The notes beneath the pieces were generated by a model. The model had not been told where the DNA came from. It saw only the letters and a program-made list of their open reading frames with translations, and searched no databases. DNA of 64,000 nucleotides. Origin: Mobula hypostoma. Lineage: Eukaryota. The translations under genes and the position numbers were made by a program. Positions 1-12,466 of this stretch are shown here, one piece after another; positions within the stretch are counted from its first letter, which is position 1, and the number at the start of each line of letters is the position of its first letter. The stretch lies in assembly GCF_963921235.1 (NCBI RefSeq), contig NC_086108.1:39806001-39870000 (forward strand). The letters are read 5' to 3'.

Positions 1-670
1 CGAAATACAGCAGCATCTTGATCATTTCTAAGTTTGCCAGTATCTCCACTGTTATTAGGTTGGATCAACAACAGTGATACAATGGAGTACAGGTATGAGA
101 TCGTAAACCTTGTATCATGGTGTGAGAATGACAACCTAGCTCAAAATGAAAGAGCTGGTTGGGGTATGGGATAGGGTAGGGTGGGGTCGTGTGAGGGTGA
201 TCACAACCCTGTCCTTGTCAGTGGAGCTACAATAGAGCTGGTTGATAGTTTCAGGTTCCTAGACATTCATATCATCAGTCACCTCATCTGGTCCATCCAT
301 ACTGATGTGGTGATTTAAAAAAAACATTGGTTTCTCGGGCATCTGGAAAATTTAACTTATCCTCAAGAATTCTCTTGAACTATTACAGATGCACTTCAGA
401 AAGCATTTTTATTGGTTGCACATCGATATAGTGTGGCAACTGCTATTCTCTGGACCAATGGAACATGCAGAGAGAAGTAAACACAACCCAGTCCATACTG
501 GATCTTCACTTTCTTCCATGTGATCTATCTTCATAGTGGATTGCTTTAGGAAGGCTTATGGTATCATCAAGGATGCCTAATACCTTTTATCTCTTGTATT
601 TTCTGGGAGAAGATACAGGAGCTTGAAAGACTGGATGACCATATTCCCCATTGCCATAAAATTACAAAAA
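1..670 (+). mobile_element. Degraded Rex1/Babar-type LINE 3' fragment
   Basis: Decayed SKFA..VIRL, WCENDNL, FRFLDIHI and SGRRYRS motifs. Confidence 0.7.
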
Positions 671-1019
671 CAATCACCTCTTTCACATACCTTTCCTTGT
701 GGTACTGCTGCCACATTATTGGACTCTTAATTCTACTTTTCTTGGTTACACAATTATTGTCACTAGCATTTCTTGCACTACTTCAAATTTCACTACAATC
801 TTTGTATCATTCTGTTCTTTCGTAGTAGTTGTATTACCATGCATAGCGTTTACTCTGTGAGCTTTGTGTGAAAAGGAATTTCATTGCACTCCAGCATATA
901 TAACTATAGGTTAGTCTGAATCTGAGAAATGGAAGTGATGGACTTAGTAAAGAGAAGAAGAAGAGGGGAAAATATTGAAAAAGTATACTAATATTTAAGT
1001 AGGAAACCTTGCTAATGTA

Positions 1020-1570
1020 CAAATTATTATGTTTTATACAGAGCATTTGGAGTATTCTGTACAATTTTAGTCTCCTAACATAAGAAAGGAATATACTATT
1101 AGACGGAGTGAGTCTTCAGTGCACAAGATTGGTTCCAGACATGCTGTTGTAACAGGGGAGATTAGAGAATATAGTCCAACTGTATTTTCAAGAATAAGAA
1201 CTGCTTTTTTTTTAATTGAAGCGAAAGGGATGACAGGCAAAACGCAGATACTCAGACCTAAATAGCTTATGTCTTATTCTGAGACTGAACTCTGGCTGAT
1301 CAATTCAAACCCAGAGTTGGAGCCTCACAAATAGGGGTAGGGCATTTAGGAGTGAAATGAGAAGTTTTCATACTCAGTGAGTAGTGAACTATTGGAATTC
1401 TGAGGGTTGTGGAGGCTTGGTCTTTTATGTTCATTCAAAACAAGGATTGGTAGATTTCTGGATTTTAATTGAATCAAGGAATATGTAGATACTGCAGTAA
1501 AATGGTACAGGTGTAAAATTGGCAATGATCTCAATGAATAGTGAGGAAGGTTTTAAGGACTAGGTGGCTG
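1020..1570 (+). mobile_element. Old CR1 LINE 3' fragment
   Basis: Decayed HLEYSVQF.SP and 'ttggaattct...gttgtggaggc' CR1 3' motifs. Confidence 0.65.
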
Positions 1571-1730
1571 CTGTTATTTTTTGGTTGTTTTGAAAAAGAT
1601 TATAGTAATAGGGAATGATTGAGATCTAGACTTAATATCCAAAGGTAGTATGGTTAAAGATGAGGTGTAGTCTATATGAAGTATTGGTGAACCATCTTCC
1701 AGCTTCAAAAATAGGTGACTCATTTGAATG

Positions 1731-2160
1731 AAGTTCAGAATCGGAATCAGAATCAGATTTAATATCACCAACAAATTAGTTGTTATGTGGTAGCTGTACA
1801 TTGCAATACACAATAAAAATTATTAAAAACATTAAGTAAATAGTGCATGAAGAGAAAAAAGCATTAAGAGCATTAATGATGGCAGAGGGGAAGAAGCTAT
1901 ACCTGAATCATTGAGTATGTGCCTTCAGGCTCCTGTACCACCTCCCTGATGGTAGCGGTGAGAAGAGGGTATGTCCTGGGTGATGAGGGTCCTTAATGAT
2001 GGATACTGCCTTTTTGAAACATTGCTCCTTGAAGATGTCCTGGATGCTGGGGAGGCCAGTACCGATGATGGAGCTAACTGAGTTCACAACTTTCTACAGC
2101 TTATTTTTATCCTGTGCGCACCACCCCCCCAACCCAGCCCATACCAGATGGTGGTTAAGC
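1731..2160 (-). mobile_element. Rex1/Babar-type LINE 3' end
   Basis: (AATCAG)n tail near 1735-1757; the reverse strand reads SIIKDPHHPGH..LPSGR. Confidence 0.75.
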
Positions 2161-2695
2161 TTTTGAAAAGAAGTAGTTTTGATGTTAAAGTACAGTTTAT
2201 AGAGCAGAAAAACAAATGGCAACAGTTCAGAAGCCGTGGAGAATATTCCTTTGCCCAAGATAGGCAGTGTGTTCCACATCATTGAACCTGTGATGTAAGC
2301 TGAAATGTGCCTTTATTCAAGACCATGTTTCTGAAGCAGTCAAACTACATTGCTGGAGAAATGCTAAAGGATGTAAATGAAGAGAAAGGAGATCTATTAG
2401 GAACTTGCTTCTCAGCAACTATCTTTAGGACAATTGATGTAAATTTTTAATATGGATAGGTTTGGTTAAATCAGATGGTCTATTCTTCTGCATGGTGTCT
2501 TTGTATATCTTTTGTATTTTCACTGCTGTGCCACTGATTATTGTTTGTTGTTGACTGAGAGATCACTTTCTGAATGAAACTTTGAAATTTCATTCATGGC
2601 AGATACAAAATCAATTTGTTCAAACATGTTTAAGTTCTGAAAGTATTAATTATAAATAGTGACAACATTGAAGTGGTGATATATTTTATTAACAG

Positions 2696-2801
2696 TAGAA
2701 TGCTGCTCTTCAATCAAGACAACATGTAAAGTGACAAATCCACACGCGTCTCCTGGAACGTTTCAATAGCAGAAGACTCATCCATTGTGGTATCAGGCAA
2801 G
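2696..2801 (+). other. Candidate 5'-UTR exon of the NEK7-like gene
   Basis: ttttattaacag acceptor (CAGTAG tandem) and strong AAG|GTAAGC donor. All three frames contain stops; includes a short upstream ORF (MLLFNQDNM*). Confidence 0.35.
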
Positions 2802-3998
2802 GTAAGCATTTGCAACACAAGTTCTGTCCATTTTTTTGGTAATAAAATGCTGATGAAATGGGCAACAAAATTAAATGAATAGCAATTTAAATTGAAAGAC
2901 TTTTCCCTAAAAAGTGTTATTGGTAATATAGCAGATAGTAATGAAAGACGAGCGATTATTAACTGTTAAGAAGCGCTGAATCACTATGCTATTTTTCCTC
3001 CTGATTTCCATGCTGTGAATAGTTTCTTTCAACGAAATAATGAAGTTAGCATTTTGAAGAGCTTGACATAAAAACATTAAAAAATTAATATCAAAATAAC
3101 AAAATTTGAACATATTCTTGCAGTATGATAGGAGTATCAAAGATGCCTTCTTTTAGAATTAAGTTTCAAAGTTTTTCTTCTTAAGACTGTTGGCGTATTA
3201 TAGTTAAATATAAAATAGTATTGCAGATTGGATACTTCCTGCTTGTATTACTACAACAGCTCCTGAGCATATTTAGAATCTTCATCCAGGCTAATGTTCC
3301 TAAACTTAATGGTACTAATCAGATGTTTAGGTCACTGCTCTCTTGATAATCTAAACCCTCCTACTAATGTGCAAAATTTGTATCTTTTCCTTGTTATCCT
3401 TTATATCTTTTTACGAATTTTTTGATATTACTTGCATGTGGTAAAATTGGACATTTTAAAGAAATTTAGTTGAAATTCATTAACTTTCTGTCTCTAAGAA
3501 ACAAAATCAAACTCTATAATATGCATTTTCAAAGTCTCAAGTTTTTAATTTCTTGTTTGTGCTTCCAAAATAATGGTAAGACTGGGATTAAGATGCTGCT
3601 GTTAACATGCAAGTTTCAAAAATTGGTGTTAAAATTTTGGTATTTTGAATGAAACTGCAGACATTTGTTCTGCTCATTTTGCAGGAACAGGTGCTACATA
3701 TGTGAGATGATAAATGACATTTTCACATGTTACTGCTGCCAACAGCAAAGGATATGTTGGCTAATTCTGGCTATTAATTATGTTACCTTTACAAGTATAC
3801 ATGTTGTAACATCCAGATCTTAGGGTTGGAATGAATATGGCTTCAATTAACTGCTCCTGCAATACTACTTGATCTTCTTTCCATGCAAAACACTTAAAAA
3901 TCAAACTAATCTTGTAGGGTTGGGCAAATTACTCCACAGATGCTGCATTATTGACTTTCATATCAAACTGAATGACTTTTCTCCTCCATAGTGTATGC

Positions 3999-5412
3999 CA
4001 TAGAAACATAGAAAACATACAGCACAATACAGGCCCTTCAGCCCACAAAACTGTGCTGAACATGTCCCTACCTTAGAACTACCTGTGCTTTACCCATAGC
4101 CCTCTATTTTTCTAAGCTCCATATAGCCATCCAGGAATCTCTTAAAAGACCCTATCGTTTCCGCCGGCAGCCCATTCCACGCGCTCACCACTCTCTGCAT
4201 TTAAAAAAAATTACCCCCGACATCTCCTCTGTGCCTACTTCCAAGCACCTTAAAACTATGCCCTCTTGTGCTGGCCATTTCAGCCCTGGGGAAGAGCCTC
4301 TGAACTATGCACAACGATCAATGCCTCTCATTATCTTGTACACGTCTACCAGGTCACCTGTCATCCTCCATTGCTCCAAGCAGAAAAGGTCTAGTTCACT
4401 CAACCTATTCTCATAAGGCAGGTTCCCCAATCCAGCCAACATCCTTGTAAAACTCCTCTGCACCCTTTCTATGGTTTCCAAGTCTTTCCTGTAGTGAGGT
4501 GACCAGAATTAAGCACAGTACTCCAAGTGGGGTCTGACCAGGGTCCTGTATAGCTGCAACATTAGCTCTTGGCTCTTAAACTCAATCCTACAGCTGAAGA
4601 AGCCCAATGCACCGTATGTCTTCTTAACCATGGAGTCAACCTACATAGCAGCTTTGAGTGTCCTATGGACTCAGACCCCAAGATCCCTCTGATCCTCCAC
4701 ACTGCTCAGAATGTTACCATTAATGCTATATTCTGCCATCATACTTGACCTACCAAAATGAACCATCTCACACTTAATCTGGGTTGAACTCCATCTGCCA
4801 CTTCTCAGCCCAGTTTTGCATCCTATCGATATCCCGCTGTAACCTCTGACAGCCCTGCACGCTATCCACAACATCCCCAAACTTTGTGTCATCAGCAAAT
4901 TTACTAGCCCATCTCTCCACTTCCTCATCCAGGTCATTTATAAAAACCACGAAGAGTAGGGGTCCCAGAGCAGATCTCTGAGGCACACCACTGGTCACTG
5001 GCCTCCATGCAGAATATGACCCGTCTACAACCACTCTTTGCTTTCTGTGGGCAAGCCAGTTCTGGGTCCACAAAACAATGTCCCCTTGGATCCCATGCCT
5101 CCTTACTTTCTCAATAAGTCTTGTATGGGGTACCTTATCAAATGCCTTGCTAAAATCCATATACATTACATCTACGACTCTACCTGCATCAATGTGTTTA
5201 GTCACAGCCTCAAAAAATTCGATCAGGGTCGTAAGGCACAACTTGCCTTTGACAAAGCCGTGCTGACTATTCCTAATCATATTATGCCTCTCCAAATTTT
5301 CATAAATCCTGCCTCTCAGGATCTCCTCCATCAACTTACCAACCACTGAAGTAAGACTCACTGGCCTATAATTTCCTGGGCTATCCCTACTCCCTTTCTT
5401 GAATAAGGGAAT
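3999..5412 (-). mobile_element. CR1 LINE, 5'-truncated (RT domain)
   Basis: ORF 4774-5361 with SLTSVVGK, QHGF, DFSKAFDKVPH, GVPQ, SKFADDTK; ATAGAAAC-type tail at the left end. Confidence 0.95.
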
Positions 5413-7348
5413 ACTTCAACGTGCCATGTTGAAGTATTCTGTTGTTATCTACATTGTAGTAAATAATAAATGAGACAGAGATTTAAAATGTACTGCTTGG
5501 TCTTCATTTGAATTGAGTACCTGGAATTTTTGCAGAGCCAAATTTCCATGTCCAAGATCATCATATTTTTCTTACAAACTGCAATTTTAATTCAAAATTC
5601 CTAAGCACTGCATAAATCTATTAAAGCAATCTTGTTTTATTTTCTGGAACTTCAGAACTGAATTTGCTGAATCCAGAGGATGTGTTTGAGAGGCTGTTAC
5701 CTAGCAGGAAATTTTTTAAGTCCTCAGTGTTCAGCCAAGCCATTAACAATAGCACCGAGAGAAAAGCAACGAAAGAAGCAAAATTAAGACCAATCTTCTT
5801 CATCAACATCTTAAAGAAGTTAATAGGAGTCCCATACCTGTATTGCTGTAAAATCTGGATTGTTGGATTTTAAATTGGAGAAAAGCTTTTTGTAGCTTGT
5901 AGAATCTATGCATAAATAAGACTTCAAGATAACGTTTTTTAAACAATATTGCGGTAAAGGGAATTGTATTCTTGCACAATTTCCACATCTACCATTGCTT
6001 ATTCTTCCTAATTTTGGTGTCATCATAGAATTTAATAGGGAATGTATAACTTGATCACAAAGTACTTCAGGGTTTTCATCAAGGGAATGGGGCTTTTTAC
6101 TGTTATCCATTATCCCTGCAGTGCAGCTCAAATTATTTCCTAAGTCCTGGCAAGTACATCTTAAAACTGGTGTGCCTGTGCTGTAGGAGCTCTTGTGAAA
6201 CAACTCACCGGGGGATCCATCTGTTTAATTCACTGTCATCCCAAATGCACTATTGCCTGCACAAATTCATGAGTGATCCCTTTTTATTCTTCTGGCCTTA
6301 TTTCATTTTTGCTGCAGTTTCTGTGTGTGACATTTGTATAGCCTCAGACTGAAGCTATAGTTAATTTATGTGCCAACGTGTGGGGGTGTTTCAAAATTCA
6401 ATACACAGTTTTTCTGAAACTCTACAACTATGATAATTATAGATTCAGGCATTTCTTTGAAGAATTTTACAAATAAATTGTCATTTGCAAATCTGAAACA
6501 TCTTTTGTTTTCTTTCTGTATTATACCTCTCCACCTTTGTTTACTATTATATCATTAATCCGCACAGCACAAATGAATGAAATTGGTCAGAAGTCTACAT
6601 GCAGAAATCAACTGCATTTTGAAAGGCACGTGTTGCATTCTTTTAAAGCAAAGTACACAAATATAGTGTAAGCTTTGCATATTTGACATGCATTACCAGC
6701 ACAAAATTGTCAGTGGTGTAATAAAACATTATTGTTAAGTTGACATTTTTCCCCATTGGTTAACGCTGGATTTAGGAAAACCTAGACACTGGTATTTTAT
6801 TTCTACATGTGCCATAGTTCTTTTCCAAATGCACAGTCTTGAAATGGACAATCTCTCAAATAAAAACTCCTATTAGCTTGTATTCTTACATATTTGATTA
6901 GTGGTAAGGCAAATGAGCCTGCATTTAAACTGTGTTAATTGAACTCTCTCTGTAGAGGTAATTTTATGGATTCACTCTGCCTATCTTGTGATTATTTGTG
7001 TAATGAAAACAAGATTGTGTTTTAAACAGTTAAAATCAGAGGATTTTATCAAAAGTTAAGTTTTATATGAGAAATAATATGTTAACAAACATGAGAAAGA
7101 GATTAGAATTGTTATTACTTCCACAGGCAGTTTATCTCCATTAATTTGGGCTGTTTGATTCCAATATCTGTGACACATATGTCTATATATGTGGGAACAA
7201 AATACATTAGAGACCAGAAACTTGAAATAAAAGTTTTAAAAAAAGTTGTATGAAATTTACCAATGGGGAGAGAAGGATTTCTCCTGATGAAGAATTATCA
7301 GCCTGGAAGATTAACTCTGATGTGTGGCATAATGGGTAAATGCCTTTA

Positions 7349-8021
7349 GGTTATGAGAACACTCAGTCCTCTTTTATTGTCATTTAGAAATGCGTACATG
7401 CATTAAGAAATGATACAATGTTTCTCCGGAGTGATATCACAGAAAACAGGACAGACCAAAGACTAACACTGACAGAACCACATAATTACAACATATAGTT
7501 ACAGCAGTGCAAAGCAATACCATAATTTGATGAAGAACACACCATGGGCACAGTGAAAAAAGAAGTCTCAAAGCCCCGAGTCGATCGACTCCCAAGTCCC
7601 CGATAGCAGGCAGCAAAAGGGAGAAACTCCCTGCCATAAACCTCCAGGCACTGTCAACTTGCTGATACCTTGGAAGCAGCCGACCACAGCCGACACTGAG
7701 TCCATCCGTTCGAAAAATTCAAGCTTCTGACCAGCCTCTCCGATACAGCCTCCCGAGCGTCATCCTTTGTTGAGCGCCTTTGACCTCTCCCCAGCCACTG
7801 AAACACGCAAAGCCGAGGATTTCGGGGCCTTTAGCTCTGGAGATTCCGGTTACTACACAGTAGCAGCGGCAGCGAAGCGGGCACTTCAGAAGTTTTCCAG
7901 ATGTTCCTCTGCACTCTCACATCTGTCTCCATCAAATCAGGATTGTGCACGGTCCCCTACTTGACAGATAACAGATATTATGAAGTGGCCGCGCGTGCCG
8001 CCATCGCGCCGCCATCTTCTC
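7349..8021 (-). mobile_element. Non-autonomous LINE-like element, copy 1
   Basis: Begins GGAGAAGATGGCGGCG on the minus strand and ends AATAAAAGAGGACTGAGTG..ATAA; no long ORF; homologous to 40380-40990. Confidence 0.7.
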
Positions 8022-8567
8022 CCCCCTCCCCTTTTACTCATTACCCTTTTACGCCTTTTTACTCATTAGCACAGTTTCAGTGAAGTATCTTTTATGACAA
8101 TCTTCCAAAATGCTGTTATTGATACAAAGAGAAGGGGGCTTTGAGTATTCAATATTCTTTAATATTCTCCATTTAAATTACTTAAATTTATTTGTTCATT
8201 CTATCGGATAACAACAATCAGATAATCCTGTGCTTCACCATTTAACTAGAGCATGAGTATTTTGCATATAGATCATGCAACCTCAGGTACGACATATGGC
8301 AGACAAGATAATAGTTAAATGTGGATAATGCCTTCACTGTATAAAGTCAATATTTTGAATTAATATATTCATATGTCACATATAGCTATGAACTTGAGTT
8401 GAGAAACCTGAAAAATGTTTAAAATTATAATAACCATTTCCCTTAAATGTAGTGTTGGTACATAATGAAAGAGAGCATTTCTTACCAAATTTGGAATCCT
8501 TATAGAAATTGAATGTTTATGTCTCAAATTTATTTTGTTTTAAAATGTAACATCCAGCTGCAATAGG

Positions 8568-9440
8568 ATCATTAGACAAGGGAGCAGAATTAGGCCATTC
8601 GTCCCATCGAATCTGCTCCACCTTTCCATCATAGCTGATTTATTATCCCTCTCAAACTCATTTTTCTGCCTTCTTCCTGTAACCTTTGATGTCCTTTTTA
8701 ATCAAGAACCTATTAACTCCGCTTCAAATATACCCAATGACTTGGCCTCCAGAGCCATTAATGGCAATAAATTCCACAGATTCATTACCCTCTGGCTAAA
8801 GAAATTCCTCCTTATCTCTGGACTAAGTGTACGCCCCTCTATTCTGAAGCTGTGCTCTCTGGTCCTAGATTCCCCCAATATAGGCAATATCCTTTCCATA
8901 TTCACTCTATCTAGAATTTACAATATTCGATAGGTTTCAATGAGATTCTTTTCTCCTTCCCCCCCCCCATTCTTCTGAACTCTAGGCCAAGAGTCATCAA
9001 GCATTTCTCATACTTCAACCCTTTCACTCCCAGAATCATTCTTGTGAAACTCCTATGGATCCTCTCCAATTCCTGCACATCCTTTCTTAGATAACGGGCC
9101 CAAACTTATCACAGTACTCCGTGCAGTCTGACAAATGCTTTATAAAGCCTCATTATTATATCCTTCTATCCTTTTATATTCTAGTCATCTTGAAATAAAT
9201 GCTAATATTTCATTTGCCCTCCTTACCACTGACTTAGCTTGCAAGTTAACCTTCAGGTATCCTGCAAGAGGACTCCCAAGTCCCTTTGCCTCTTTGATTT
9301 TTGAATTTTCTCCCCTTTTATAAAATAGGCTACATCTTTATTATTTCTACCAAAGTACATGACCATATATTTTCCTACACTATATTCCAGCTGCTAGTGC
9401 TTTACCCATTCTCTCAACTGGTCTAAGTCCTCCTGCAGAC
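8568..9440 (-). mobile_element. CR1 LINE 3' fragment
   Basis: ORF 8702-8905 GESRTREHS..RRNFFSQRVMNLWN. Confidence 0.9.
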
Positions 9441-9859
9441 CTTGCAATTTATAGATATCTATGATCAGTGATTGCTGGAAGCCCTTATTTCTAGCATTAC
9501 TTAACGTACTAAGTACACAATGGCATTTTGTAATTTGGGTATGAGGTGCTGGTTATTTGAAACTGAGAAACAACTTCTGTATAAAGAATTAGGACAACAG
9601 GATGAAGAGAATTCATTATTTTTTGGAATTGGGGTGAAAAATCTGAGTTTGGCAATATATAATTGGACAGTCCTGTATAGAAAATTAAGTCCTTCAAAAA
9701 AGAATACAAGCATTACACAACAATATTTGAATTCATTGTTGTTTATCAAATGTGGTATACGTTACTTAACTAACTCCTGGGAGAGCAGGAATATTACTAT
9801 ATTAATCCAGAAAGCTCATTAATGAGCTGATTATATAAAACAAAATTATGGAGATAAGG

Positions 9860-10245
9860 ATTTGATGCTTAATTGGAGTAGTTGGTTGGAATTCAAAAGT
9901 AGTAGCGTCATTGCTGAATTTATAGATGGTGTTTGAGCTGTGCTTGGTTGCACAGTCATAAATGTGGAGAGAATAGGACATGGGCAAAGCATGCAAACCC
10001 TGGTATGCCTGCGTTGACAGTCCGTAAAGAGGAAATTTTATTATTGATCTGTACTGACTGTGGTCTCCCAATAAGGAAGTCAGGGATCTCATTGCAGACA
10101 GAGGTATAGTGGCCCAGGTTTTAAAGCTTGGTTATTAGTACTGAAGGAATTGTGTTTTGAATGTTGAGCTGTAATCGGTAAACAGTAATTTGATATGTCT
10201 TGTAGTTGTCTAGGTGCTCCAAAGTAGACTGGAGAGCCAGAGATG
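9860..10245 (-). mobile_element. Degraded Rex1/Babar-type RT fragment
   Basis: YSLHIYDCATKHSSNTIYKFSNDATT (YT.DC..KFADD motif). Confidence 0.7.
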
Positions 10246-10479
10246 AATGAGGAATTAGTAGGCTTAAGAGAATTCATTAGAAATCAATATTCTTTGGAAG
10301 TCTCAATGGAAATGGGGAAAATAATCTGCATTGGTCAATATATAATTAGACGTTCCATTTTAGAAAATTAAGTTCTTCAATAAAAAAGTCAAAACATAGT
10401 TACCCTACAATACTTGAATTCATTATTTTTTTTCCAAAGTATAGTTCTGCAGTATATATTAATGAATTTTTGAGCGAGT

Positions 10480-11590
10480 GGACAGATTATTTGAGTAGTT
10501 GGTAAGGGGTCTTACGGGGTGAGATAGATTGGCTGGTTGAGTGATGTCACAGCAACAACCTTGCTCAATGTCAGCAGCACCAAGGAACTGAGTATGGACT
10601 TCAAGAAGTGGCAGTCAGGACAACACATGCTACATATTGAATTGTCAGAAGTGGAGAGGGTGAGCAGCTTCAAGTTTCTGGGCATTAATATCTGAGGATC
10701 TATCCTGGACCCAACGCATTGATGCATTTATGAAGAAGGGATACCAGCTGCTTGACTTAATTCTTAGTTTGAGGAGATTTTATATGTCACCAGGGACTCA
10801 TAACTTTCTATATATGTGTAACATACTGTAACCCAGGCTGCCCACAGATAGCACCCCCCCCCCCACTTCACCTGCCCCAAATTCCTTATGAGGATTCTGT
10901 CTCCTGGCAGGAAGTGGGAGAACATCACCTTTTGATCATACCTCCTCTTATTCCCTTGATTCTGCTTGGCAGTTGCGATCCCAGCCCTGAGAGGGATATT
11001 GATTCGGAGGATGAACACTTGGATGTGTAGGTTATGCTGCCTTTTGCTAACTCCCCATTGATTGAGGAAGAGACTCCCGACCCTTCTCCCATTGAGTCAG
11101 GTGAAGTGGGGGGCGGTGTGCTATCTGTGGGCAGCCTGGGTTACAGCGTGTTACATATGTATGGCAGAAGGTGTTCTGACTTTTTGCATTTTTAGCTTGG
11201 TATGGAAGCCCAATGCTCAGGAAGATGAGGGTGCAGATGGTTATAGACTCAGCCAGCTCCATCGTGGTCATATTCCTCCCACCATTGAGGACCTCTTTAG
11301 GAGACAGTACCTCAAGAAGGTGACACCCATCTTAAAGACCTTTACCATCCGGGACATGCCCTCTTCTTGTTACTACCGTCATGGAGGATGTGCAGGTACC
11401 TGAAGACCAACATTCAATGATTTAGGAACAGCTTCTTCCCCACGCTGCAATCAGATTATTGAATGGTCCATGAACACTACCTTGTTATTCTAATTTTGCA
11501 CCCTTTATTTAATTTTCTAATTTATAGATTTTAATGTCTTTGCAAATAACAAGTTCCACATCATGTCAGTGATAATCTGATTGTGATTAT
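10480..11590 (+). mobile_element. Rex1/Babar-type LINE 3' part, interrupted by the 10817-11155 element
   Basis: NVSSTKEL.MDF, VERVSSFKFLGINI; NFYI|CMAEGVLT is continuous across the insertion. Confidence 0.85.
10817..11155. mobile_element. 339-bp miniature element with 58-bp TIRs, TGTAACA...TGTTACA ends, 4-bp TSD (TATG) and Gypsy pol-like interior
   Basis: 10817-10874 is an imperfect reverse complement of 11098-11155; TATG at 10813-10816 and 11156-11159; the minus strand reads NKRRYDQKV..LPGDRILIRNLG. Confidence 0.85.
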
Positions 11591-11964
11591 ATCTTTAGGG
11601 TAGTTTTTACTGGTATCAGTGTAAAAGATTGTTTGATCTTTACAGTGTGTTTACTTGTTGAATCTTGATATGCACAAATTTGCCATTGCTGTTCTATTTC
11701 AAAAGTGTAAGCACTTGGCAGTAAGTATTTTGAGTTTCTTTAAGTGGAAAAATGCAATACATAATTGCCAATTATTTTAATTTTATTTTGATGAATACAG
11801 GCACTTTTGGGGATGTAGAGCAAAGTTCTTGATTTGTGAACAGTTTAGATGCCACAAATAATATGTGAATGATCAGATTTTATGTTCTCTTCCACCCTAC
11901 CCCTTTCAGGTTTTCAAAGGAATCTTGGCTACAGCCACACAAAAACTTCTGTGCTTAAATTTGA

Positions 11965-12030
11965 ATTATTCTATGGGATCTTTTACATCCACCTGAACAG
12001 GTAAACTGGAGGTTGGTTATGTGTCCTATG
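11965..12030 (-). mobile_element. Ancient DeuSINE-like core remnant
   Basis: ATGGGATCTTTTACATCCACCTGA matches my recollection of the Deu-domain core; not verified by search. Confidence 0.5.
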
Positions 12031-12403
12031 GTTTCACCCTCAATAGGATATCAGTCTCTTGATAGACATTGAAATGCCAATTTTAAAAAAAGCATTTAAC
12101 TGGAAAATATAAAAATCAAACTAGGTTGCCAGTAAATGAGGCATGCTGATGGGTGAACTGCATTGATCCATTGTAAATATGAAAACTTAATTGACAGGTA
12201 TTTTTGTATGTATAAAGCACCTGTTACAATTTATTACAATTAATCATTTGGTGTGAGTACTGCAAGTAAACAAAATGCATGTAATTAGCTCACTGTATTA
12301 AGATTAGCTGAAACATTGGAATATTTCTGGGTATAATAATGTCATGTCGGTAAATTTGCTACATTTACTATCTTAGGTAAAAGGATCCTACTTTTCTTGC
12401 GTT

Positions 12404-12466
12404 ATGGATGAGCAGCCTCCTCAACAGTTTGCTGGTCATGTTGCAGTTTCTGCATTTCAATCACAG
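12404..12466 (+). CDS. NEK7: NEK7-like kinase, first coding exon (MDEQPPQQFAGHVAVSAFQSQ); exon probably starts at 12377
   Basis: Acceptor tcttag ends at 12376, ATG at 12404, donor CAG|GTAC at 12466/7, phase 0. The MDEQ...FQxQ peptide resembles the NEK7 N-terminus. Too short for the ORF track. Confidence 0.85.
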
